This document shows positions 40,226 through 50,317 of a stretch of DNA of 64,000 nt, piece by piece. A program made the translations under genes and the position numbers. The notes beneath the pieces were generated by a model that saw nothing but the letters and a program-made list of their open reading frames with translations, did not search any database and was not told the origin of the DNA. Numbering within the stretch: the first letter of the stretch is position 1; every line of letters begins with the position of its first letter. The stretch is from Dehalococcoidia bacterium (GTDB lineage: Bacteria > Chloroflexota > Dehalococcoidia > UBA6926), in the NCBI GenBank assembly GCA_963666115.2, contig CAXXET010000006.1, forward strand, positions 128,001-192,000, read 5' to 3'.

Positions 40226-40807
40226 TCAGTTTTCGAAGATGGCGGCGACCGGGGTGGTGAATTGGGGGAGGATGTCCTGGCCGGTTAGGGTATCGGTTTC
40301 GTGGAGGAGGACGGGGGGATTGTCGGGGCTGAAGACTTCGATGGTCTTGGTGTTCGGCCAGACGTTCCAGACCAGACGGACGCCGCTGTACAGCCACATC
40401 TGCGCCTTGTCATAGACTTCGTTGGCAGTTTGGCTGGGAGAGACAACCTCAACGGCGAGGTCGGGGACGATATCGAGAAATCCCCGGAAGTCTTCGAGTG
40501 ACGGGAGACGGCCCGCCGCGAAGAAAGCAATGTCAGGCGCGCGTACAGTATCGGGGTTTCTTTCGAGATGGATGCCGGGGTCGCCTGCGAGAACCTTGCC
40601 GATCCCGTTGGTCTTGACAAAGTTATAGAGCAATGCGCCCAGCGCCATCATGACTTCGGCATGGTTTGGATTGTTCGGCATGTCCGGGCAGAATACCCCC
40701 CTGATGAGTTCGCCTCGCCGCTCTTCCTTGCCCAGGTTGTACAATTCGTCCGCCGTCATCGGAACGGTGCCGGCGGGAGTTAGCTGGGTTTTCGTCGTTG
40801 TCGCCAT
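40226..40807 (-). CDS. Uma2 (DUF820) family PD-(D/E)xK protein
   Basis: GELIRG, VRAPDIAF, PDLAVEVVSPS, GVRLVW, GQDILPQF. Confidence 0.9.
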   Translation of the reverse strand: MATTTKTQLTPAGTVPMTADELYNLGKEERRGELIRGVFCPDMPNNPNHAEVMMALGALLYNFVKTNGIGKVLAGDPGIHLERNPDTVRAPDIAFFAAGRLPSLEDFRGFLDIVPDLAVEVVSPSQTANEVYDKAQMWLYSGVRLVWNVWPNTKTIEVFSPDNPPVLLHETDTLTGQDILPQFTTPVAAIFEN

Positions 40808-40850
40808 GTGATTCTCCGGACGATGGGGCTACCTTTCGCGGTCATTATAC

Positions 40851-40888
40851 AAGGGCGGGGCGGCGCCACCAGACGCCGCCCCGCCCTT
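40851..40888. terminator. Strong hairpin after the Mo-subunit gene
   Basis: AAGGGCGGGGCGGCG-8 nt-CGCCGCCCCGCCCTT. Confidence 0.7.
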
Positions 40889-40905
40889 CGTCTGCGGTTC
40901 TGACT

Positions 40906-43170
40906 CTAGGTTGTGCCGTTGTGCGTTGCCCAGAAGACGTTTTCCGGGTTGAGGGGTATCTGGCGGTGGCGGATGTTCGTCGCGCGGCTGACGGCGTTGC
41001 CGACTGCCGGGAGCGGCGGAATGATCGGCACCTCACCGACGCCCCTGACGCCAAGCGGGTTCTCCGGCGCGGGACCGCCGACGAAGATCGTCTCGATCAT
41101 CGGCAGGTCGAGCGCGGTGGGCATCCGGTAGTCGAGGAAGTTGGCATTCTTGAGGATGCCGTCCTCGCCCCACTCATAGTTCTCCCACAACGCCCAGCCG
41201 ACACCCTGCGCGACGGCGCCCTGCACCTGGCCCTCAACGGCCATCGGGTTGATGGCGCGGCCGGGGTCCTGGAAGGCGGTGTACCTGGCGATGGTGGCGC
41301 GGCCCGTATCGTCGTCGATCTCAACTTCGCAGATCTGGACGCCGGAACTGGTGACGGGGCGCACGCCGGTGGCGAGGCCGTTGCCGATAATCGCGCCGGT
41401 GCCGCGCCCAACGTTGTTGGCCGCAAGCTCATTAAGGCTCACGGTCTGCTCCGGGTTGTCACGAAGGGAGAACGTCCTGTCCGCGTAGTCGACGTCGGCG
41501 GCATCAGCCTGGAATCGCTCGGCGGCGAGGTCCTTGAGCTTGCCGATGAGGTCTTCGGAGGCGTTCTTGACGGCCATGCCGGTCACGTACGTGATGCGGC
41601 TGCCCCATGAGCCGTCGGTGTAGCCGACCGCGTCGGTGTCGCCGACGGTGGAGCGGACCTCTTCGACGGTGACGCCGAGCTCCTCGGCGGCGATTTGCGC
41701 CATGGACGTGCGCGTGCCAGTGAGGTCCACCGAGCCGACGATGAGGCTGAACGTCGCGTCCGCGTTGAGCTGGATGGAGGCGGTGGACGTGCCGGCGCCC
41801 TCGCGGCGCATTCCGATGGCAACACCGCGGCCCCGTCCCTCAGGCACCGGGGTCGTCCAGGACTCGTGGCTCTTGACGGTCTCAAGGATCTCCTTGAACC
41901 GCGTCACGGGGAGGGCCATGCCGTCACTCATCGGCGCGCCGTCATCCGTGATGTTGGCGATGCGGAGATCGATTGGGTCCATGTCCAGCGCCTCGGCCAA
42001 CTCGTCCATCATCGTCTCAATGGCGAAAGCGCCCTCCGGGAGACCCGGCGCGCGGTACGCCTGCGAGCGGGACTTGTTGGTGAGCACGTCGTAGCCGTCG
42101 GCCTGGAAGTTGGGCAGCTTGTAGGGGGAGAGGCCGGCGACGAGGATGTTGTTCACGTAGAGCGCGGAGCCGGGGAGGCATCCGGCATCGAGGTAGAACT
42201 TGGCCTCGAACGCAGTGACCTCGCCGTTCTTGTTGGCGCCCGCCTTGATCCAGCAGTAGGCGTCCGGCGCGGGGCCGGTGGCGCGGAAGACCTCGTCCCG
42301 GCTGAGGACGGTCTTGACGGGAGAGCCCGTCTTGAGAGCAAGCAGGGCGGTCGGAAGCTCAGGGACGGTGAATCCCTTGCCGCCGAAGCCGCCGCCGATC
42401 TCCAGGGGCACCACGGTCACCTTATTAAGGGGAATCTGCAGGAGGGCGGCGTTCTGGCTCTTGTTGGCGAAGGATGCCTGCGTGGTTGTGTAGATGGTGA
42501 CGTGGCCGCTGGCGTCAACATCGACGGTGCAGGCCTGGGGCTCGATGTAGCCCTGGTGCACCATGCCGATGCGGTATTCGCTTTCGAGGACGACATCCGC
42601 CTCTTCATAGCCCTTGGCGACGTCGCCGCGGGCGAGCGCCATATGCACGGAGAGGTTGGTCGGCTTGTCGCCGCGGCCCTCGAGGCTCCGCGTGCGGACT
42701 TCCTCGTGGATAATCGGCGCATCGTCCTTGATGGCGTCCTCGATGCCGACGACGGCCGGGAGCGGCTCATACTCCACCTTGATGAGTTCAGCGGCCTCTT
42801 CGGCGACGTGCGGGGAGGTGGCGGCGACGGCGGCGACGGGGTGGCCGTGGAAGAGGACGCGATCCGATGCCATGAGGAACTGCCGCAGGTACACGGCGTC
42901 CAGCGTGACCTCACCGCCCACCTGCTCATCGGAGTCGAGCGGGGGCAGGTCCTTGTGGGTGACGACGCCCTTGACGCCGGGATAGGCCTCCGCGGCGGAT
43001 GTGTCGATGCTCTTGATGCGCGCGTGGGCGTGCGGACTGCGGAGAATCTTGCAGTGGAGCGTGCCGGGCAGCGTGAGATCCGGCGCGTATACCGCCCGCC
43101 CCTTGACGCGCTCGACGGCGTCGACACGCGCGATAGGCTGTCCGATGGCCTTCTCAGGTGTTGCAACCAT
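40906..43170 (-). CDS. Xanthine dehydrogenase family molybdopterin-binding large subunit
   Basis: LRSPHAHARI, HQGYIEP, IGGGFGGK, AYRAPG, GQVQGA, GVRGVGE. Confidence 0.93.
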   Translation of the reverse strand: MVATPEKAIGQPIARVDAVERVKGRAVYAPDLTLPGTLHCKILRSPHAHARIKSIDTSAAEAYPGVKGVVTHKDLPPLDSDEQVGGEVTLDAVYLRQFLMASDRVLFHGHPVAAVAATSPHVAEEAAELIKVEYEPLPAVVGIEDAIKDDAPIIHEEVRTRSLEGRGDKPTNLSVHMALARGDVAKGYEEADVVLESEYRIGMVHQGYIEPQACTVDVDASGHVTIYTTTQASFANKSQNAALLQIPLNKVTVVPLEIGGGFGGKGFTVPELPTALLALKTGSPVKTVLSRDEVFRATGPAPDAYCWIKAGANKNGEVTAFEAKFYLDAGCLPGSALYVNNILVAGLSPYKLPNFQADGYDVLTNKSRSQAYRAPGLPEGAFAIETMMDELAEALDMDPIDLRIANITDDGAPMSDGMALPVTRFKEILETVKSHESWTTPVPEGRGRGVAIGMRREGAGTSTASIQLNADATFSLIVGSVDLTGTRTSMAQIAAEELGVTVEEVRSTVGDTDAVGYTDGSWGSRITYVTGMAVKNASEDLIGKLKDLAAERFQADAADVDYADRTFSLRDNPEQTVSLNELAANNVGRGTGAIIGNGLATGVRPVTSSGVQICEVEIDDDTGRATIARYTAFQDPGRAINPMAVEGQVQGAVAQGVGWALWENYEWGEDGILKNANFLDYRMPTALDLPMIETIFVGGPAPENPLGVRGVGEVPIIPPLPAVGNAVSRATNIRHRQIPLNPENVFWATHNGTT

Positions 43171-43301
43171 ATGCTTCTACCTCCATTGCGGGCGCTCATT
43201 CGGGGGCGTCCGCGTCCCTATGCCGCCGCTTGCCGATTGGAGCCTTTGCGGCGACAGGGTTAGTGTAGCGGGGCGGGCGCGCGCGGACAAGCAACACGGG
43301 G

Positions 43302-43421
43302 CTACTTATCCATATTGGCCATGTCTACGGCGGCACGGGCTATTATCTTGGCGCAGTCCACGATTTCCGCCTCGTCGATGTGGGCGTCAATCTGCGCGCC
43401 GAGGTCCGGTGTCGTTGTCAT
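43302..43421 (-). CDS. 39-aa small ORF with strong RBS (possible deletion remnant)
   Basis: AGGAGGTG then ATG: MTTTPDLGAQIDAHIDEAEIVDCAKIIARAAVDMANMDK. Confidence 0.5.
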   Translation of the reverse strand: MTTTPDLGAQIDAHIDEAEIVDCAKIIARAAVDMANMDK

Positions 43422-43481
43422 CACTCACCTCCTGCCATAGCCTGACGACACGGCAATAGTAACGCGTTGGCTACGACGATA

Positions 43482-45860
43482 CTATCTGCTAAGCATGTTC
43501 TCTATCGCGTAGTAGAGGTCATCAGTGAAGTAGCGGCGGCCCGTGTCGGGCGGGGTAAACACGAACATGTGCTCCGCAGCATATGGGGAAACAGTATAAT
43601 CTGAGCCTTGCCCAGTGGTGCTGCCGAGTTCGACGGCGTATGCCATGATGGGGTTGTGAGGAAACGGCGTACCCGTGTCCTTTTCAAATCGCAGCGCAAC
43701 CTCTTCAAACAGGTCCAACGTGGGATCGTTGCGGGGGAACTCCGTGTGGCGGATGACGTACAGGTCAACGTCGCCTGCAAGCGGGAAGGCGATGGTTCGG
43801 TGGGCGACGTGGCTCTGTCGCAGCAGGTCTCTGTACTGGGCCCCGGGATGCCGTCGGGCTTCGATCAGGCCAAACAGGGTAACGAATTCCGCCTCGCCTA
43901 TCTGAGTAGTCAGCCATTCCTCGCCGACAACGAAAGCCGGATCGTCCAATGACACACGGGCCATCAAGCCCATCATATTCGCGTCGCGAGCATCGATGTC
44001 GTCCTGGAACCAGGAGACGGAGCCGGCGCTGAAGGTGTTCTGCCTGGCGACGCCTGCGGCCTCTTCGATGAACCGCCGAAACTGGTGTGTCCATTCAATC
44101 TCATCGGCGCTGATGCCGTCCTGGGCCCAGGGGCGGCCGGGGATGGATGCCGCGAGTTCGTCGTCCTGCCCCTGGAGTGCGAGCAGGAGGTCCGCGTACT
44201 CGTCCAGCCACCGACCCTCAGTGCGACTGATGCCGTTCAGCAGCCAGGGGAGGCGGGCCACGGCCGACGCAAGGTCGTCACCATGCAGGTATTGGGTGTC
44301 CAGTATTAGGTGATGAAGATTTCTCAGGCCCAGGACGCTCTGTTCAGACGTTTCGGGGGATTCAGCGTGGGCGTTCTCAATCACGGCGGTGACCGTATCA
44401 GGCGCCAGCGGGGTGACATCGTTGACGAAGTCCAGTATTTCCCGAACGTATTCGCGCTCTATGCCGGGCATACCGTCATCAAGCCACGGAAAGGTGGTGA
44501 GCGTGGGCGGGAGGGTCACCTCGCCGCTGAATCTGGCGTCCAAGAAGCCGGCATACGTGACGAGCAATTCAGTTTCGCCCACGTCCACATCATCCTGGAG
44601 CCAGGGGCGGGCTGTTAGCGTTGAGATGAATTCGGCGGTCTGCGGGCCCTGACTCTCGAATATGATGGCAAGGTTTTTCAACGGCACGACATCCTCAATA
44701 GCGATGCCATCCCGCACCCACCCGTATGCCAAGACAGACGCCAGCACGTCAGGCTGCTCTGCGGCAAGAGATGCGACAGAATCCGCCAGATGTTGGATTG
44801 CAGGAGCTTCCCAGCGGCCGACATCGTCGGAGATCCAGTCGTAGTTGAGGAGAGTCTCCTGATAAGCGCTGGCATCGACATCCTGAATGGCCAGCAAGTC
44901 GGCGAATGCGCGGAGGGCGCGGGTTTCATCGTTATCGAGGGAATCCGCCATCCAGGGATACGTCAGCATTATCTGCAAGGCTTGGGCGTCCTCTGGGCCT
45001 GCCTCTTGAAAGAGCTGTTCAAAGTTGCGCAGGGAATCGTTATCCCCGCCGTCAATGCCGTCTGTGACCCACTGGTATGACGCGACGGTTCTCACGGCGT
45101 CCACATGGTGGTCACCCGCCTCGATGATGAGTCTGGTCAGTTGGCCGACGGCGTCCGACTCCGGGGAGGAGACGGCGTCCTGCATCCAGGGATAGTCCGC
45201 GATGAGACGGGCCATATCGATCCGTTCAGGGGAGGCGGCAGGCGAGATATCAACGCCGGGGACGCCTATCCGCATCGCGCCGATGCCGGTCACCGTGTGC
45301 GCCTGAAAGCCGGGCGCAGCAATGTGAGCGAGCTCTTCCAGGGCTGTTGCCTCATCAGCCGCTGCGCCATCGGGAATCCACTGGTATGAGGCGAGGGTCG
45401 AGCCGAGGTTGTCGTCTACGTCTGCTGCGGCGCGTATGGCGCGAAAGGCGCGGCGATCATCGGGGCTGATTGCGCCGTTGGGGCTCATCCATGGGAGGCT
45501 GAGTACGATGTCCGCAACGGCGGGGACCTCCATCAGCAGCCAAGAGAAGTCGTCAAGCGCGCCGGCTTCTTCGGCGGTGATGCCGTCGGCGACCCAGGGG
45601 AGGGCCGCAATCTCCTCCCCAACTGTGTCATCGCTGAAGCTTATGCGGCGGATTGCAGCCCAGGCGATCCAGTGGACCGTGTCCGGCGGGGATTGGAACC
45701 AGGCGAGTCGTTCGGCGGCAGTTGGCTCAGGGGTTGGGGTGGGGATGGGAGACGGGGTGACGGCGGGGGTGGGGTCAGCCTGACGGCAGGCGCCGAGCGC
45801 GACGACCACGAGGGTAAGCGCGCCCAAGGCCAGTGCGAACCGCAAAACACGGCGCATCAT
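43482..45860 (-). CDS. W-x-x-D-G repeat lipoprotein paralog lacking HExxH
   Basis: Lipobox LGAC, same repeats and TVTGIGAMR motif; ends where the paralogs carry HExxH. Confidence 0.8.
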   Translation of the reverse strand: MMRRVLRFALALGALTLVVVALGACRQADPTPAVTPSPIPTPTPEPTAAERLAWFQSPPDTVHWIAWAAIRRISFSDDTVGEEIAALPWVADGITAEEAGALDDFSWLLMEVPAVADIVLSLPWMSPNGAISPDDRRAFRAIRAAADVDDNLGSTLASYQWIPDGAAADEATALEELAHIAAPGFQAHTVTGIGAMRIGVPGVDISPAASPERIDMARLIADYPWMQDAVSSPESDAVGQLTRLIIEAGDHHVDAVRTVASYQWVTDGIDGGDNDSLRNFEQLFQEAGPEDAQALQIMLTYPWMADSLDNDETRALRAFADLLAIQDVDASAYQETLLNYDWISDDVGRWEAPAIQHLADSVASLAAEQPDVLASVLAYGWVRDGIAIEDVVPLKNLAIIFESQGPQTAEFISTLTARPWLQDDVDVGETELLVTYAGFLDARFSGEVTLPPTLTTFPWLDDGMPGIEREYVREILDFVNDVTPLAPDTVTAVIENAHAESPETSEQSVLGLRNLHHLILDTQYLHGDDLASAVARLPWLLNGISRTEGRWLDEYADLLLALQGQDDELAASIPGRPWAQDGISADEIEWTHQFRRFIEEAAGVARQNTFSAGSVSWFQDDIDARDANMMGLMARVSLDDPAFVVGEEWLTTQIGEAEFVTLFGLIEARRHPGAQYRDLLRQSHVAHRTIAFPLAGDVDLYVIRHTEFPRNDPTLDLFEEVALRFEKDTGTPFPHNPIMAYAVELGSTTGQGSDYTVSPYAAEHMFVFTPPDTGRRYFTDDLYYAIENMLSR

Positions 45861-45961
45861 TACCTCCCTGATGCTCCGGTAGGTTTAGGGGATAGTACAC
45901 CATTACGCCCTCGCTCTAACCCTCCCCCAGAGGGGGGGCGTCCCGATGGATTCCCGCTTTC

Positions 45962-47183
45962 GGAGACCTTTGCGCAACCGTGGTCTCGCCTATTTTGGGG
46001 GACGCAGGTGGCGAGAGGGCGTGTGCTCTGTCAAGAATCGATGGTGTCCGACGGGCTGTCTGGCCGGTCATGTAGGCCCGATTTCAGGGGTGTGGCGGTA
46101 TCCGGCGCTCGGATTGTGGGGTCGTGCCCGCTCAGGCCGGGGCGGGGACGAGGTGAATCATCTTCCTGAGGTTGTAGGCCATCAGCTTCAGGTACATCTC
46201 CACCCGGTTTCGGCGCAAGCCCCGGTAGCGCACGCGACTGTAGCCGTAGCTCCGTTTGAGCGTCCCAAAGACCTTCTCGACCGGGGAGCGGCGCGGCGCA
46301 ATCAGGTCATTCCGCAATTGGAGTCGCGGCGGCAACACCCGCTGATGCTTGTTGGCCCGATGCATGATCCTGTCCTTGATGCCCATCTCCTTCAGCCGCC
46401 GTCGCCGCGCTTTCGATTCGTAGGCGCGATCGCCGTACACCGCCCGCTCATCCCCGCTGATCAGTTCGTCCGCCACCTCGCTCTCATACACCACGGCCGA
46501 TGTGAATTCCGCCTGGCGCACGATGCCCGTCCCCTCGTCCACCCCCGCGTGCGCCTTGTAGCCGAAGTGCGTTCGCGATCCGCGGCCGGTGCGGCTCCAG
46601 CCCGCATCGGGGTCGGTCTCGCTCGATGCGCCAGGCCCCGCGCTCATCGGAGGGCGTCTGACCTGCGCCTCCACCAGCGTGGCATCCATCAATGTCCCCG
46701 ACTTGACGAGCAATCCCCGCTTGTCCAGCTGCGCGCCCAGCTCCTGGAAGAGCGTCTCCGCCAGGCCGCGCCGCCCCAATTCCGTGCGGAAACGGCTGAT
46801 CGTCGAGTGATCCGGCGCGTCATCCTCAAGCCCCAGCCCCACGAAGCGGCGGAAGGAGATGCGATCCGTCAGCGCCTCCTCCATCTGGGGATCCGAGGCG
46901 TTGTACCACTGCTGCAACAGGAGGATCTTCACCATCGTCAGCGGCGGATAGCTCGGCCGGCCCTCCGGCGCCGAATAGATGTCATCCACCAACCTGGCGA
47001 AGCGATCCCAATCGATCTCTGCGCCGATGCGCTCCAAGCGCGTATTCCTGCCGAGCTTCTCCGGCAGCAGCGTCTCGGCCAATGACGGCTGTCCCATCTG
47101 ACGATGCATCGCTCTCCCTCCCCTCACACCATCCGCGCTCACCCCAATTTTGGCCTGACTGGGAGAGTTATGCAAAGGTCTCC
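45962..47183 (-). mobile_element. IS5-family insertion sequence, 1222 bp, 4-bp TSD TTTC
   Basis: TIRs GGAGACCTTTGCGCAAC / GTTATGCAAAGGTCTCC; TTTC at 45958-45961 and 47184-47187. Confidence 0.9.
46132..47109 (-). CDS. IS5 family DDE transposase
   Basis: GRPSYP, LQQWYN.SD, PDHSTISRFR, MDATLV, FGYKAH, YGDRAY, RSPVEKVFG. Confidence 0.93.
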   Translation of the reverse strand: MHRQMGQPSLAETLLPEKLGRNTRLERIGAEIDWDRFARLVDDIYSAPEGRPSYPPLTMVKILLLQQWYNASDPQMEEALTDRISFRRFVGLGLEDDAPDHSTISRFRTELGRRGLAETLFQELGAQLDKRGLLVKSGTLMDATLVEAQVRRPPMSAGPGASSETDPDAGWSRTGRGSRTHFGYKAHAGVDEGTGIVRQAEFTSAVVYESEVADELISGDERAVYGDRAYESKARRRRLKEMGIKDRIMHRANKHQRVLPPRLQLRNDLIAPRRSPVEKVFGTLKRSYGYSRVRYRGLRRNRVEMYLKLMAYNLRKMIHLVPAPA

Positions 47184-47203
47184 TTTCGCGGGAAAAAGAG
47201 GCG

Positions 47204-50149
47204 TTAGGAGTTTTGGATGGTGACTTTGGCGCCGCCGTGGATGTCGTCGAAGAGGTTGTGGAAGTCTTCGAGTTTGTCCTGGGGGGTGTTGGCCAGGAAG
47301 GCATCGTAGATTCTTTGATCCGTAATCGGCTTGATCCAACCGGAGTCGCCGGCATCAACATAGAGTTGACGCATGGCGGCGGAGACGGCGTCGTGTCCCA
47401 AGCGCAGGTACATCTCCATGATGAAGAGTTCGCCAAAGGCGTAGTCGCAAATGCCGCGATCGGCTGCGCGGCCGGGATCAACCTCTCTAAGGTGATAGAG
47501 GTCGGAAATGGTATCGATTCCGCGACTCCAGCATTCGCGCCGGGTGTCTTCAATCAGGTTAGCGCGCCGTTCTTCCAAGGTTTCCTGGCCCAAGGCATCT
47601 CGCGCGTAATCGGGCAGGAATCCGGCTGCGCCTTCCGTCCACCATATCGGGGCGCGTGTGTGACCACCCCAGTACATATGACTGAATTCATGGAAGATTG
47701 CCAAATGGAAATTGGGATTGTATTTGGGCGGAGCGACCGCGACATATGACCCCATCGCAAATGCAACGTTATATTGAGGCTCTTCTCCTGCCTGCAAATT
47801 GGGTTCTATCATCACGGCAAGGGCAAACTCATGGGGGAATCGGACTCCCATAAAATGCTCCAGTTGTGTGATGATCTGTTCCATTAGGTCAAGAGTGGGA
47901 TCATCCGCCGGGAACTCCGTATGCCGGATCCCATAGAGCCTTATTTCGCCGGTCAGGGGGAGTTCGATCATTCGCTCCGCCAAGTGGTATTCGTCAAGCA
48001 AGGCGCGGAACTTATGCTCCGAGCGGGACAGGGCATCAATATACGCCATCAGGACGACACGATCACGCTCAGAACTAACCCCACGGAACCAATCCCAATT
48101 CGTGTTTTCGGGGTTACGCCACGTTTCGGACACTGCTAATCTCGCGACAAGACTTGAATCAAGATAGTCAATGTCGCTCTGGAACAACGGCAACGATCCA
48201 ATTTCTATTGCAATGCTGCGATTCTGTTCACCGCTTTCCTCCAACAGCCGACGGTATTGGTGCATCCATTCACGTTCGTCGGCGGAGATCCCGTCCAGCG
48301 CCCAGGGGCGTCTGAGAATCGATTGCGCCAAGTCTTCATTCTCGCCATCAAGTTCTCTCAGGAAAACAGCGTACTCAGCAAGCCACCACCCCTCGATCTT
48401 GACGAGACCGTCCGACAACCAGGGGAGATGGATGACGTCGTTGGCCAGCTCGCCATAGAGCCGCCTGGCGTCATTAATGGCGCCACTGAACCTCTGGAAG
48501 TTGTAGATCGCGTCCTCGAACTTCTCGTCAGAATCAAGAGCTGTTCCGTCAATGAGGGCATCGACGGTTTCAGGCGCGATCGGAGAGACGTTCTCAATGA
48601 GCCAGAAGGACTCCGCAATGTATATACGTTCACTGATTGCTATTCCATCGTCCAGCCAGGGATAGGTGATTATGCGCGGAGGCATGGTGACGCCGGGAGG
48701 GATATCCCAGCGCAGGAAGCGTTCGTACTCCGCCAAGAGCGTCTCTTCATCCTCTTCCACGCTGTCCTGAATCCAGGGGCGAGAAGTTAGCGCCACAATG
48801 AATTCACCGGTCTCATCACTGCGTTGTTCGAAGATCGGCAGGAGAGCCCTGAGCGAATCCAGGTCGGACTCCACAAGGTCATCTTGCACCCACTCATATG
48901 CGAGGACGGAATCCACGGCCTCCGGGTAATCCGGCCCAAGCAATTGCAGGGTGTCGGACAACGCGCGAATACCGGTTGCCTCGTCGGCGGTGATCGAATC
49001 GGCCAGCCACGGATAACCGAGGAGTGTCAGGACTGCCGCAGAATCATCCGCAGAACTGTTGGCCAGAATGGAACGCATTGAGGCTATGTCGGGGACTTCG
49101 CTCAACTCGAGTCCGTCCGCCACCCACGCATAGTCCAGGATAACGGGCAATGCGTCCGCGTCTTCCGGGCCGGCGTCTTCAAACAGGGATTCATAGCGCC
49201 GAATCCAACCGTATTCTGATCGGGCAATGCCGTCCTGCACCCAGTCATACGCCACGAGTGTCTTTAACGCATCTGCCTGGAGGTCGCCGGCTGATGCAGC
49301 CACTTCGCTCAGATCGCTGATGAAACCGGCCTCCGCCTGCGTCGCGTCGTCACGCGTCCAGTTGTAGCCCCACACCGTTTCCAAGGCGGCGTCTCCGCTC
49401 CGCCCTTCGACTTGAATCAACTTGCCCCAAGCGTTGAGCGCCGTCCTCTCGACCTCAGTCATATCGTCCTTGAGCCAGTCGACTTCAGCAAGCTCCCGCA
49501 GGAAGTCGATGCGCGGCGGTTCCTGCGCCGATGCCGGGCGGAGCCGCATTGCGCCGATGCCGGTCACGGTCTGGGCTTGAAAGTCCGGCGCGACGAATTC
49601 GGCGAAAGTTTCCAGCACATCGGCCTCTTCGAAAGTGACGGCTGCTTCAATCCACGAGTAGGATGCGAGCGTTGAGCCAAGGTTGCCGTCCGCGTCCGCT
49701 GCTGCGCGAACGGCTCGAAGCGCGCGGCGCTCATCCGCGGTGATGTTCGCAGTCGCGCCCATCCACGGAAATTCCAGCACGGCCGTGGCGATGGCAGGGT
49801 CTTGTTGCAGCAGCCACGAGAGATCGTCCAGCACGCCGGCCTCATCTGCGGTTATGCCATCGACGCTCCATGGCAAGCTCGCGACCTGCTGGCCGAGAGC
49901 CTCGTCTTCGACGTTGATTCGCCGGATGGCGGTTCTGGCGATCCAGTGGGCGGCGTCCGGGGGGTTGGCGAGCCAGGCTGCGTGTTGGTTGAGCTGCTCG
50001 GTGGACGTGGGGGTTGGGGTGGGGGTGGGTGGCGGCGGCGTAGGGATGGGGGTTGGCGTGGGGGCGGGCTCCTGGCAGGCGGTGAGGGCGGCGAGCGCAA
50101 GGATGAGGGCGCCAACGGCCCACCCGATCCACACAGTGCGGCGCATCAT
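47204..50149 (-). CDS. Large lipoprotein: W-x-x-D-G repeats plus gluzincin domain (981 aa)
   Basis: Start MMRRTVW at 50149; lipobox LTAC; FHEFSH...WWTEGAA; termini highly similar to the 23267 paralog. Confidence 0.82.
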   Translation of the reverse strand: MMRRTVWIGWAVGALILALAALTACQEPAPTPTPIPTPPPPTPTPTPTSTEQLNQHAAWLANPPDAAHWIARTAIRRINVEDEALGQQVASLPWSVDGITADEAGVLDDLSWLLQQDPAIATAVLEFPWMGATANITADERRALRAVRAAADADGNLGSTLASYSWIEAAVTFEEADVLETFAEFVAPDFQAQTVTGIGAMRLRPASAQEPPRIDFLRELAEVDWLKDDMTEVERTALNAWGKLIQVEGRSGDAALETVWGYNWTRDDATQAEAGFISDLSEVAASAGDLQADALKTLVAYDWVQDGIARSEYGWIRRYESLFEDAGPEDADALPVILDYAWVADGLELSEVPDIASMRSILANSSADDSAAVLTLLGYPWLADSITADEATGIRALSDTLQLLGPDYPEAVDSVLAYEWVQDDLVESDLDSLRALLPIFEQRSDETGEFIVALTSRPWIQDSVEEDEETLLAEYERFLRWDIPPGVTMPPRIITYPWLDDGIAISERIYIAESFWLIENVSPIAPETVDALIDGTALDSDEKFEDAIYNFQRFSGAINDARRLYGELANDVIHLPWLSDGLVKIEGWWLAEYAVFLRELDGENEDLAQSILRRPWALDGISADEREWMHQYRRLLEESGEQNRSIAIEIGSLPLFQSDIDYLDSSLVARLAVSETWRNPENTNWDWFRGVSSERDRVVLMAYIDALSRSEHKFRALLDEYHLAERMIELPLTGEIRLYGIRHTEFPADDPTLDLMEQIITQLEHFMGVRFPHEFALAVMIEPNLQAGEEPQYNVAFAMGSYVAVAPPKYNPNFHLAIFHEFSHMYWGGHTRAPIWWTEGAAGFLPDYARDALGQETLEERRANLIEDTRRECWSRGIDTISDLYHLREVDPGRAADRGICDYAFGELFIMEMYLRLGHDAVSAAMRQLYVDAGDSGWIKPITDQRIYDAFLANTPQDKLEDFHNLFDDIHGGAKVTIQNS

Positions 50150-50317
50150 TATCCCCCTGCTGATACGGCATGCTTTGGGGATGATAGCGCATTGGTGCGG
50201 GGGCGGGGGTATGGGGTTTGGTTGGGTGTGGGCGTATGATTGGGGAGTTGTGGTGTTGTGGCCGGCGGCGGTCAGGCGGTGCGCGGGGAATTGGTTGAGT
50301 GGTGAGTGGAGAATCTC

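Noticed and set aside
40906-43170. Aerobic CO dehydrogenase CoxL
   Set aside because: Active-site loop is AYRAPG, not AYRCSFR or AYRGAGR
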